Program-made: the position numbers and the translations under genes
The notes under the pieces: model-generated
The model's input: only the letters and a program-made list of their open reading frames with translations
Database searches by the model: none
Told to the model about the DNA's origin: nothing
Assembly (NCBI GenBank): GCA_017988155.1
Contig: JAGNSF010000001.1
Span: forward strand, 1-50,200
DNA from: Flavobacterium sp.
GTDB lineage: Bacteria > Bacteroidota > Bacteroidia > Flavobacteriales > Flavobacteriaceae
Length of the DNA stretch: 50,200 bases
Reading direction: 5' to 3'
Part shown: positions 10,210 through 19,445 of the stretch, piece after piece
Layout: each line of letters opens with the position of its first letter
Numbering within the stretch: the first letter of the stretch is position 1

Positions 10210-11187
10210 ATGAATATTACTTCTCAAATAAAACAGCCTATTTTGACCGAAATGGAACTTTTTGAAAAAAAGTTCTATGAATCGATGTCCTCTAAAGTAG
10301 CGTTATTAAACCGAATCACCTATTATATCGTCAATCGAAAAGGAAAACAAATGCGTCCGATGTTTGTATTCTTGACAGCTAAAATGGTTTCGGAAGGAAA
10401 AGTAAACGAGCGTACCTATCGGGGTGCTTGTGTGATTGAATTGATTCATACAGCAACTTTGGTTCATGATGACGTCGTAGATGATAGTAATCGTCGTCGC
10501 GGATTTTTCTCATTAAATGCACTTTGGAAAAATAAAATTGCTGTTTTAGTGGGTGATTATCTCCTATCCAAAGGACTGTTGCTTTCTATTGACAATGGCG
10601 ATTTTGATTTATTGCGAATTATATCAGTTGCTGTTCGTGAAATGAGCGAAGGGGAATTACTTCAAATTGAAAAAGCCCGTAGATTAGATATTACTGAAGC
10701 TATTTATTACGATATAATTCGCAAAAAAACAGCAACCTTGATCGCAGCTTGTTGTGCTTTGGGTGCGCAATCAGTTATAGAAGATGAAGCGCAAGTAAAG
10801 AACATGCACCGCTTTGGAGAACTAATAGGGATGGCATTTCAAATCAAAGACGACTTGTTTGATTATACCGATGATGCTATTGGTAAACCAACTGGAATTG
10901 ATATTAAGGAACAAAAAATGACGTTGCCTTTAATTCATGTTTTGAATACATGTACGTCTAAAGAAAAAAGTTGGCTAATTAACTCTATTAAAAACCATAA
11001 TAAAGACAAAAAGCGTGTTAAAGAAGTGATTGCTTTTGTTAAAAATAATAATGGTTTGGCCTATGCCGAACAAAAAATGCTTCAATTCCAGCAAGAAGCA
11101 TTACAGCTTTTGGCTCACTATCCAGATTCCACATTCAAAGACGCATTAATTTTGATGGTTAATTACGTGATTGAAAGAAAAATATAG
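10210..11187 (+). CDS. Polyprenyl (octaprenyl-type) diphosphate synthase
   Basis: GKQMRP, HDDVVD and FQIKDDLFD aspartate-rich motifs. ATG 10210 preferred because TTG 10201 lies inside a TATCTTTG promoter element. Confidence 0.93.
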   Translation: MNITSQIKQPILTEMELFEKKFYESMSSKVALLNRITYYIVNRKGKQMRPMFVFLTAKMVSEGKVNERTYRGACVIELIHTATLVHDDVVDDSNRRRGFFSLNALWKNKIAVLVGDYLLSKGLLLSIDNGDFDLLRIISVAVREMSEGELLQIEKARRLDITEAIYYDIIRKKTATLIAACCALGAQSVIEDEAQVKNMHRFGELIGMAFQIKDDLFDYTDDAIGKPTGIDIKEQKMTLPLIHVLNTCTSKEKSWLINSIKNHNKDKKRVKEVIAFVKNNNGLAYAEQKMLQFQQEALQLLAHYPDSTFKDALILMVNYVIERKI

Positions 11188-11323
11188 TTTTTTTTTAATT
11201 CAATATACTTAATTGTCTATTAATAGCGTAATAATTTATAATTATTAACTGCTAATTTTAATTTGTACTATTATTTTAAAGAAAAAGCGAATAATTTAAA
11301 ATTTAAATTATTAAATTCGTCTC

Positions 11324-12100
11324 GTGAAAATTCAAAAGCAAAAAATAGTATTAATTGAAGATGACGTGGCATTAGGTAACTCTATTCTGGAGTTATTGCT
11401 ATTGAGTAATTTTGATGTTACTTGGTTTGAAGATAGTGCTGATGCTTTGCAATATCTCCTTCAAAATATCCCTGATTTAATTATTAGCGATTTAATGATG
11501 CCTGTTATGAATGGAGAGGAATTGTACCTAAACATTCGTAAAAACAGAAAATTCACCACCGTACCTTTTATAATTATCACCGCAAATATTGATGACGAAG
11601 TTAAATTACGTCAGCTAGAACATGGTGTTAATGATTATATCATGAAACCTTTTAAAGTGAAAGAGTTAATCTTTAAGGTGAACAATGTTTTAGAACTAAG
11701 AAAAAACATTGAAAAGAATTTTGGTATAGATCCTTTTTCTAAAGTGACGATTAAATTGTCTGAAAAAGATTTTCTTACATCCTTAAATGACCTTCTTTTG
11801 AAAGGAATTAAAACTAGACCAGATTTAGATGAATTATCTAAAAAACTTTTTATTAGCAAGTCTACTTTAGACAAACGAATTCGAAAATTAACTAATAAAA
11901 ATATTAGTCAATACATTAGAGAGTTTAAAATTCAGTATGCTATGAAATTGATCAAACTAGGAGAACGGAATATTCAATTCTTAGTAGATGAAACTGGCTT
12001 TGCCTCTTTTTCTTATTTTTCAACGAGTTTTAAGGCATATAGTCAAATGAGTCCTCGTGATTATATTAAGTCTGTTCAGTCTTTAGAATTTGAAAAATAA
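11324..12100 (+). CDS. Response regulator (REC plus AraC-type HTH)
   Basis: IEDD, SDLMMP, KPF receiver motifs; C-terminal GFASFSYFSTSFK..SPRDY AraC signature. Confidence 0.88.
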   Translation: MKIQKQKIVLIEDDVALGNSILELLLLSNFDVTWFEDSADALQYLLQNIPDLIISDLMMPVMNGEELYLNIRKNRKFTTVPFIIITANIDDEVKLRQLEHGVNDYIMKPFKVKELIFKVNNVLELRKNIEKNFGIDPFSKVTIKLSEKDFLTSLNDLLLKGIKTRPDLDELSKKLFISKSTLDKRIRKLTNKNISQYIREFKIQYAMKLIKLGERNIQFLVDETGFASFSYFSTSFKAYSQMSPRDYIKSVQSLEFEK

Positions 12101-12298
12101 ATTTGCGCTATTACTTCACATACCATAATTTCATTTTACTTTATTAATTTATTGTTATTCCTATTTTTTTTTAAGCTATAAGTAAAATAGAATAAATATT
12201 GAATTTGTTTTTTACTTTTAAAAGAAGAAACAATTTAAGATCATTTTGCTCGTAAAGAGTATGCTGATTTTTACTTATTAACACGATATAATTGCCCC

Positions 12299-12448
12299 AT
12301 GAAATTAAGACCTACTGATGAGACTTGGAATAAATTAGACGCAATGCTTAATTATGAAGAAAAGGATATAGCCTATATTAATAGAAGTATTCTCGGATTA
12401 AGTTTTTTTGTATTAGTCTTATTTGGAATTCTACTTTGTAGTAATTGA
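12299..12448 (+). CDS. Unannotated 49-aa single-pass membrane peptide
   Basis: MKLRPTDETWNKLDAMLNYEEKDIAYINRSILGLSFFVLVLFGILLCSN*; hydrophobic C-terminus; a terminator-like palindrome follows the stop directly. Confidence 0.55.
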   Translation: MKLRPTDETWNKLDAMLNYEEKDIAYINRSILGLSFFVLVLFGILLCSN

Positions 12449-12492
12449 ATAAAACAAAAAAAAATGCTCTAGAGCATTTTTTTTTGTTTTAT
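12449..12492. terminator. Perfect 44-bp palindrome, probable bidirectional terminator
   Basis: ATAAAACAAAAAAAAATGCTCT|AGAGCATTTTTTTTTGTTTTAT. Confidence 0.7.
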
Positions 12493-12641
12493 ACTTATTG
12501 GATTTAATAATTTTCTATCAATAAATAGAGCTAGGCAAATCCTAATATTCAATCCTGACTTAAAATTAAATTATTAGCATTTTTTTTTAATTTATCCATT
12601 AAAACAAAATGAAATAAAAATACTTGACTTACTTTTGGTCT

Positions 12642-12752
12642 AAGATTTGGGATCTTTCTTACCAGAGCAGTCTGTTCAGAAAATTTATTGGGGGCAATGA
12701 ATTTATGATTACAATTTAGTTAAAGCAGGCTGCTTTAGGTAAGATTCTTTTA
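12642..12752 (+). ncRNA. Candidate structured small RNA
   Basis: TACTTTTG -7 element at 12630..12637; about 20-bp closing stem (12657..12676 with 12724..12744) with three G-U pairs; internal hairpin with a GGGG loop; U-rich tail. Confidence 0.5.
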
Positions 12753-12788
12753 CTTCTTCTCAAACACTTTAGATAATATACTCTACAT

Positions 12789-13145
12789 TTAAATATATTT
12801 TTCTACTATTCGTTTTAAATCCTGAAATGAAAATGGTTTTTTGATATATTCTTTTGCACCGAGACCTTTTCCAATTATTTCATCTACTTCTTCTGTTTTT
12901 GCAGTTAATAACACAACAGGTATTTCAGCTTGCTCTGAAGCGAGATGTTTTTTTAAGAATCCGTATCCATCTAATTTTGGCATCATTATATCGCATATAA
13001 TTAAGTCAGGATGATGCGCCTTTACTTTATCTAATCCGTCTAAACCATCTTGAGCTTCTACGATTTGGTAACCAATAAAAGAAAATAGTTCAACAAGGGC
13101 TTCTCTTAATTTGATCTCATCATCAATAATTAATACTTTTTTCAT
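12789..13145 (-). CDS. Single-domain response regulator (REC)
   Basis: IIDDE, CDIMMP, LTAK, KPF. Confidence 0.92.
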   Translation of the reverse strand: MKKVLIIDDEIKLREALVELFSFIGYQIVEAQDGLDGLDKVKAHHPDLIICDIMMPKLDGYGFLKKHLASEQAEIPVVLLTAKTEEVDEIIGKGLGAKEYIKKPFSFQDLKRIVEKYI

Positions 13146-13149
13146 AAAA

Positions 13150-15477
13150 TCAAGATTTTAATAAGGGAAAATGAAGTGTTACTTTTGTTCCTTTTCCCAA
13201 TTCACTTGTAACATGGATGTTTCCAGAGTTTCTTTCAGTAAATGTTTTTACTATATAAAGACCTAAACCAGTCCCTTGAATTCCTTCGGTATTGCTAGCT
13301 CTAAAGAAGGTGTTGAATAATTTTGGAATATCTTTTTCGGGTATTCCTATACCAAAATCAATAATTTGTATTTGGATTTCATTATTTTCGGAACTTAGAT
13401 TCAATAGAATATCCTCAGTACCTTCAGAATATTTGAATGCATTGTTTAATAAATTGAATAGTGAATATTCCATTAAATTTTTATCTGCAAAAACTGAAAA
13501 ATGATCTCCTTCAAAAACAGTTTGTACTTTACGACCTCCAATTTGGTGCGAATAACTGGTTTCAATTACATCTAAACAAATTTGCTTTAAGTCAAATTCG
13601 ATAGGATTAAAATTTGTTTTACCCGCATCGTCTTTAGAAATAGTGAGCACTGCGTTCATTAACTCTACAATTCGGTCGATTTCTTCTGTAATGGTATTGA
13701 TTCTTTTTTGTAATTGAGTCGAATGAACAAAATTATGTCCTTCAATATACATTTCTATCAGCTCAGCACTCGTTCTAATAGTAGTCATAGGAGTTCTAAA
13801 TTCGTGTGAAATGGTAGAAACTAAATTAGTTCTTAGCTCGTTTAATTCGCGTTCTTGTGCCAATGCTTTTTTCATAGCATATTGCACCTCTTTTTGTTGG
13901 GTAATATTTCGTGCACTAGTCTGAAAGCTTATTGGTTTTCCATTTTCTTTAACAATAGTTGCTTTGATTTCAAACCAAACATAATCTCCTTTTTTATTTC
14001 TAAAGCGCGCTTCGACATGCGCATTTTCATCTTCTTCTTCAGAAATGAAACTGCCAAAACTGTTTTGAATTAGCAGGAGATCGTTTGGATGTACAAAATT
14101 CATAGGCAGTTCTCCAATTAATTCTTCAGAAGTATACCCCATGAGTTTCACAATCGAAGGCGAAATATACTCAAATGTAGTATCCAAGTTATGTAAGCAG
14201 ACTAGGTCAACCGTGTTGTCAGCTAAGAGGCGATACATGTTTTTAGCCTCATTTAATTGAATGTTTTTATTTCGGTTGTTTTCTTCAATAAGTATACGGT
14301 TTTGCTCCTCCACATTTTTTCTCTCCGTGATGTCTTGCATCGCACCAATCATTCGGACAGCTTTTCCTTGTTTATCTCTAATTATGATGGCTTTATCATT
14401 TACATACGCATAAGTGCCATCTGCTTTTAGATAGCGGTATTCGTCAGTCCATTTTAAATAATTACCATTTAATGTTTCTTCATATTTTTTTAGATAAGCT
14501 TCTCGGTCTTTCGGATGTACAAAGTTTTCGCAGGCAGTCGCACTAATAATATTGTTTTCAAATTGATGACCAAAAAGAGTCGAGTAGGTTTCTCCAACAA
14601 ATATTTCATCGGTTAGGATATTCCAATCCCAAAGCGCATCTGATGTGGCTTGACTAGCATAGCTAAAACGTTCATTACTAATTTTTAAGGCAGCTTCAGC
14701 TAGTTTTTGTGCGGTAATATCCACTCCAAAACCCACCATCATTTCCAGTTGATCAGAATCATTGAAAACGGGAGCAAATTTACGGGTAAAAAAGAAAGAT
14801 GAATTTTCTTTTTTAATTTCATCTATCCATTCAATAATTGAATTGGTTTTTGCAGCGGCAGTAAATCGTTCTCTTCTTTCATTGGCAAATAAAGGATCTC
14901 TTTCGGTATATTTTGCATATTCAAAATCATCTTTTCCTATTATATAGTTGCGAAGTTCATCGTTTTGTATTGCAGCAGGATTGACATAAAGGTATTTATG
15001 ATTTTGATCAAAAACAGCTACTTCAGTAGGTAAGCGATTTAAAATTTTCTTATAAAACTCTTTTTCTGCTAATTCTAAATTTTGCGCTTGTAATTGATAC
15101 AAAGTCTCTATTTGAGAGGCAATATTTATCGCGATTTTAATTTGATTAGTGGTTGGTTTTTTCGAATTTTGATCCAAAAAGGAAAGCGTTCCATTAGTGG
15201 TTTCGTTTCCAAACGCAATTGGAATACCTATTTGAAAACAAGGATTTGATTCGGTTTGGATTGTATTCTCCAGGATCACTTTCTCATTTAGCAATTTATA
15301 GTTCTCTTTGGTAAAATGAAGATCTTCTGTAGTTTTTGCTATTATTATAACGTCGTTATTTTCTGCAATTGATAGAACTACAAGGGGTATTTCGCAAATT
15401 TCAGCTGCAAATTTTAGTATAGCAAGACATTCCTTTTGAAAAGCGGTTGAATGGATTATTTCGGTATTAAAGGGCAT
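13150..15477 (-). CDS. Cytoplasmic multi-PAS sensor histidine kinase
   Basis: Degenerate GAF-like N-terminus, three PAS/PAC units, SHEFRTP H-box, NLLNNAFKYS N-box, DFGIGI, GTGLGL. Confidence 0.92.
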   Translation of the reverse strand: MPFNTEIIHSTAFQKECLAILKFAAEICEIPLVVLSIAENNDVIIIAKTTEDLHFTKENYKLLNEKVILENTIQTESNPCFQIGIPIAFGNETTNGTLSFLDQNSKKPTTNQIKIAINIASQIETLYQLQAQNLELAEKEFYKKILNRLPTEVAVFDQNHKYLYVNPAAIQNDELRNYIIGKDDFEYAKYTERDPLFANERRERFTAAAKTNSIIEWIDEIKKENSSFFFTRKFAPVFNDSDQLEMMVGFGVDITAQKLAEAALKISNERFSYASQATSDALWDWNILTDEIFVGETYSTLFGHQFENNIISATACENFVHPKDREAYLKKYEETLNGNYLKWTDEYRYLKADGTYAYVNDKAIIIRDKQGKAVRMIGAMQDITERKNVEEQNRILIEENNRNKNIQLNEAKNMYRLLADNTVDLVCLHNLDTTFEYISPSIVKLMGYTSEELIGELPMNFVHPNDLLLIQNSFGSFISEEEDENAHVEARFRNKKGDYVWFEIKATIVKENGKPISFQTSARNITQQKEVQYAMKKALAQERELNELRTNLVSTISHEFRTPMTTIRTSAELIEMYIEGHNFVHSTQLQKRINTITEEIDRIVELMNAVLTISKDDAGKTNFNPIEFDLKQICLDVIETSYSHQIGGRKVQTVFEGDHFSVFADKNLMEYSLFNLLNNAFKYSEGTEDILLNLSSENNEIQIQIIDFGIGIPEKDIPKLFNTFFRASNTEGIQGTGLGLYIVKTFTERNSGNIHVTSELGKGTKVTLHFPLLKS

Positions 15478-15712
15478 ATGTTTAAGGTATTGGGGTTAAT
15501 TTGCTTTAGTAGATTGCAATTACGATTCGGGACGTCAAGGCAAACAATCATTATTGGTATAAAAATAAAGTTTATTAAGAAATAATACTTTATTTGGGGG
15601 TATAATTTTAAAACTTATTTTGAATTTTCTTTTTTTGGCTTCCAAAATTCATTTTGTATTCTGAAAAAATCGAACCGAAACTTTGTATATTTGTCACTTT
15701 CCCACTAAATAA

Positions 15713-17689
15713 ATGATTTCAAAAGCTACCATAGATACCGTATACGAAACCGCTCGAGTTGAGGAGGTTATTGGTGATTTTGTACAATTAAAACGCGCAG
15801 GGAGTAATTTTAAGGGTTTAAGTCCATTTTCTGATGAGCGTTCACCGTCATTTATGGTTTCGCCTGTTAAACAAATTTGGAAAGATTTTAGCTCTGGAAA
15901 AGGTGGTAATGCTATTGCATTTATAATGGAGCATGAGCATTTTACGTATCCAGAAGCAATTCGATATTTAGCACGAAAATACAATATTGAAATAGAAGAG
16001 ACTGAGCAAACAGATGAAGAAAAAGCCAATACAGACAACAAAGAAAGTATGTATTTGGTTTCTGAATTTGCCAAAAACTATTTTCACAATACCCTATTAC
16101 ATTCAGAAGAAGGAAAAGCGATTGGGCTTTCGTATTTTAAAGAACGAGGTTTTACAAATGAAACTATTTCAAAATTTGCTTTAGGATATTCGCCAGAGAC
16201 TTGGGATGCTTTTACAAAAGAAGCGCTTGGCAAAGGCTATAAATTAGAGTTTTTAGAAAGTACAGGACTAACTATTCCTAAAGAAGATAGACCTTTTGAC
16301 CGTTTTAAAGGACGTGTGATGTTCCCAATTCAAAGTATGTCAGGAAGAATTCTTGGCTTTGGAGGGCGAATCTTGACAAATGATAAAAAAGCAGCCAAGT
16401 ATCTTAATTCACCTGAAAGTGAAATTTACCATAAAAGCAAAGTGTTGTATGGTATTTTTCAAGCTAAGCAATCGATCGCTAAACAGAATAATTGTTACCT
16501 TGTTGAAGGATATACAGATGTTATTCAGTTTAATCAAGCGGGTATTGAAAATGTTGTAGCATCATCAGGAACTGCTTTAACACCTGATCAAATTCGTTTG
16601 ATTAATCGTTTGACAAAAAACATTACTGTTCTTTTTGATGGTGATGCTGCAGGTCTTCGAGCCTCTATTCGAGGAATTGATTTGATTCTGGAAGAAGGAA
16701 TGAACGTAAAAGTATGTGCGTTTCCAGATGGAGAAGATCCGGATAGTTTTGCTAAGAAAACATCGTATGATGATTTAGTCGCTTATCTTGAAAACAATGC
16801 CAAGGATTTTATCCAATTCAAAGCATCGCTGTTGATGAAGGATGCTAAAAATGATCCTATCAAAAAAGCCGATTTGATTCGAGAAATGGTGCAGAGTATT
16901 TCTAAAATTCCTGATCGAATTCAACGAGAAATTTATATTCAGGAATGTTCTCGAATAATGGACATCTCGGAACAAGTTTTGGTAAGCACCTTAGCGCAAC
17001 TCGTTCAAAAAGACATTGCCGAAGTAGGAAAAAAACAAAAGCAAGAACAAAAAGCGTTTGAAGTTGTAAAAAATGACGCGCCAGTTCAAGCTCAAAAAAT
17101 TGATATTTTATATCATCTTGAACGCAAAATAATCGAAATTTTATTGCTTTATGGAAATAAAACGGAAGAATTCGATGATGTACTTTTAAAAACTAACAGT
17201 GAGGGTGAAGTAGAACATATTGTTGAAAAAAAAGAATATAAAGTCTTTCAGCGTATTTATTTGAGCTTGCAAGAGGATGAAGTTGAATTAGCAAATCCTC
17301 TGTTTAGAGCCTTATTTAATGATTTGATTTCATACTATTTACAGAATGAAACTTTTGGAATTGAAAATTATTTAAAACAATTGCCAGATCAATTTGCTCA
17401 AGAAGTTACTGATATTTTAATGGATGACGAACGAGTAACTTTGCATAAATGGGATGATCAAAATATTTTTGTGAAACAAAAGTCAGAAACGGTAGGTCAG
17501 CATACTTCGGAAATTATTATTTCTATGAGAGAATATCTTATTAATAAATTGATTCTTGATTTAATGAGTGAATTTGGAGATAAGCCTGAGCTTGAGCAAG
17601 AAGAATTAAAAATAATGATCAACGATTATAATAAATTAAAAGTGAATTTAACGGGAACTATAGGAAGAATTCGCTCCACCTATATATAA
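15713..17689 (+). CDS. dnaG: DNA primase
   Basis: Degenerate Zn-finger region LSPFSDERSPSF, KYLNSPE, VEGYTDV and FDGDAAG TOPRIM; TATATTTG promoter at 15686. Confidence 0.96.
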   Translation: MISKATIDTVYETARVEEVIGDFVQLKRAGSNFKGLSPFSDERSPSFMVSPVKQIWKDFSSGKGGNAIAFIMEHEHFTYPEAIRYLARKYNIEIEETEQTDEEKANTDNKESMYLVSEFAKNYFHNTLLHSEEGKAIGLSYFKERGFTNETISKFALGYSPETWDAFTKEALGKGYKLEFLESTGLTIPKEDRPFDRFKGRVMFPIQSMSGRILGFGGRILTNDKKAAKYLNSPESEIYHKSKVLYGIFQAKQSIAKQNNCYLVEGYTDVIQFNQAGIENVVASSGTALTPDQIRLINRLTKNITVLFDGDAAGLRASIRGIDLILEEGMNVKVCAFPDGEDPDSFAKKTSYDDLVAYLENNAKDFIQFKASLLMKDAKNDPIKKADLIREMVQSISKIPDRIQREIYIQECSRIMDISEQVLVSTLAQLVQKDIAEVGKKQKQEQKAFEVVKNDAPVQAQKIDILYHLERKIIEILLLYGNKTEEFDDVLLKTNSEGEVEHIVEKKEYKVFQRIYLSLQEDEVELANPLFRALFNDLISYYLQNETFGIENYLKQLPDQFAQEVTDILMDDERVTLHKWDDQNIFVKQKSETVGQHTSEIIISMREYLINKLILDLMSEFGDKPELEQEELKIMINDYNKLKVNLTGTIGRIRSTYI

Positions 17690-17691
17690 AA

Positions 17692-17717
17692 AAAATGAAA
17701 GCCTAAGCTTTCATTTT
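17692..17717. terminator. Bidirectional terminator between dnaG and the LuxR regulator
   Basis: AAAATGAAAGC-CTAA-GCTTTCATTTT between convergent genes. Confidence 0.65.
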
Positions 17718-17738
17718 ATTATAGTTTGATTTCATCAT

Positions 17739-18368
17739 CTATACGATTTCTAATGATTTTGCTTTGTTGACCAAATCAACTAAGTTAGTTACATTCAATT
17801 TAGTAAGTAATCGTAGTTTATAAGTACTGATTGTTTTTTCATTCAATTTTAAGATGTCGGCAATTTCGTGGTTTTTTTTGCCATCACTTAAGTAACGTAA
17901 TACTTCGACTTCTCTGTTGGAAAGTTTTCTGTACAACCTTTCATTTTTATTTTGTTTGGCTATTAGCGCAAGGTTTTTCTTAATGGTTTCATCCATAATA
18001 ATTTTACCTTGATGTACTTTGACAATTGCATCTGCTACATCTGCTAATTTAGCCGTTTTGTGTATGAAACCTGAAGCTCCTGCTTTAATTGCATTAGGCG
18101 CATAAATTTGCTCAGTAAGATTAGAATAAATAATGATTTTTGTATTTGGAAATTCTTTTAACAAGGTCTTTACTTCAAAAATACTTGTAAGTCCTTCTAA
18201 TTGAAGATCTAAAAGTAAAACGTCAACTTCTTTTGTTTGAAGAATATCTTTTAACATGGAAAAATTTCCAATATTTGCTACTATGGAAATATCGGAGTGA
18301 TCCTTGAAGTAAGATTTTACTCCAAAGTGTACCACGGGGAAATTATCAGCCACACAAACTGCGATCAT
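17739..18368 (-). CDS. NarL/LuxR family response regulator
   Basis: REC domain plus LSNREVEVL..EIA..L..KTISTYK LuxR HTH. Confidence 0.92.
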   Translation of the reverse strand: MIAVCVADNFPVVHFGVKSYFKDHSDISIVANIGNFSMLKDILQTKEVDVLLLDLQLEGLTSIFEVKTLLKEFPNTKIIIYSNLTEQIYAPNAIKAGASGFIHKTAKLADVADAIVKVHQGKIIMDETIKKNLALIAKQNKNERLYRKLSNREVEVLRYLSDGKKNHEIADILKLNEKTISTYKLRLLTKLNVTNLVDLVNKAKSLEIV

Positions 18369-18458
18369 AAAATAGGTTTTTAAGAATTAGTATTCGTTTT
18401 TGGAAAAGTAAAAATAATAAATAAAAACCGTAAACAATTGCAAATCAGTTAAAATGTA

Positions 18459-19265
18459 TTATTTCAACGATTTTGGTAGTAAACAAACAGGAATTGGTTG
18501 CATTTTGTGCTGATTATTGGAGTTTAAACGTTGGTAAATTTCAAAGACTATTTTTTCTCTTCCTGAGAAATCATTGATTGAACTTCCTTCCTCATCCTGC
18601 TGCATAGCCCATTCTAGTTCGTCGTAACTTGCGCCAAGTTGATCTTCATCAGTTCTGTCATCTCCAAATAATCCATCGGTAGGTGAGGCGTTGAGGATAG
18701 ATTCTGGAATTTTTAAAAAAGCACCTAAAGCAAAAACATCCGATTTCAATAAATCGGCAATAGGGCTTAAATCTACTCCGCCATCACCGTATTTCGTATA
18801 AAAACCAACACCAAAATCTTCTACTTTATTTCCGGTTCCTGCTACTAATAAACCATAAATTCCTCCGTAATAGTACAATGTAGTCATGCGGATTCTAGCC
18901 CGAGTATTTGCTAAAGTTAAATTAAGTTGGCTTTCTGAAGTGTCTTTTGGTAGAACTTCTTTGAAGCATTCAAAAACAGGAGTTAAATTGGATTCGGCTC
19001 TCGAAACATTTGGAAATCGTTGCATTAATTGATTGATATGTTCTCTTCCGCGAGCAACATGGCTTTCGGCTTGGTGAATAGGCATTTCAACACAAACTAC
19101 TTTTAAGCCAGTTTGTGCACAAAGAGTTGACGTTACTGCTGAATCAACTCCGCCAGAAATACCAACAACAAAACCATTTACTTTTGCATTAGTTGCATAG
19201 GTTTTTAACCAATTAACAATAAATTCATTTGCCTTTTCGACTTGAAGTGTACTTTTTTTTGACAT
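18459..19265 (-). CDS. nadE: NH3-dependent NAD+ synthetase
   Basis: GISGGVDS PP-loop, NTRARIRM, GFYTKYGDGG, PTDGL. Confidence 0.95.
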   Translation of the reverse strand: MSKKSTLQVEKANEFIVNWLKTYATNAKVNGFVVGISGGVDSAVTSTLCAQTGLKVVCVEMPIHQAESHVARGREHINQLMQRFPNVSRAESNLTPVFECFKEVLPKDTSESQLNLTLANTRARIRMTTLYYYGGIYGLLVAGTGNKVEDFGVGFYTKYGDGGVDLSPIADLLKSDVFALGAFLKIPESILNASPTDGLFGDDRTDEDQLGASYDELEWAMQQDEEGSSINDFSGREKIVFEIYQRLNSNNQHKMQPIPVCLLPKSLK

Positions 19266-19445
19266 AATAATTTAGGTATTAAAAAGCAGGAATGTATATT
19301 TGCAGAACCATTTTGAAATCCATCTGTTTTCCCGATACTTTGGAAACAAATTTAATTAATAAATGTGAAATCGCTAATAACTAATTGTTTTTTGCAAAAA
19401 AAACATGCCCAAATGAGCTACATCAACAATACTAATTTTAAATAC

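Noticed and set aside
15713-15900. DnaG zinc finger lacking Cys/His ligands as a sign of a pseudogene
   Set aside because: The frame and catalytic motifs are intact, and the LSPF variant is, as I recall, common in flavobacterial primases.
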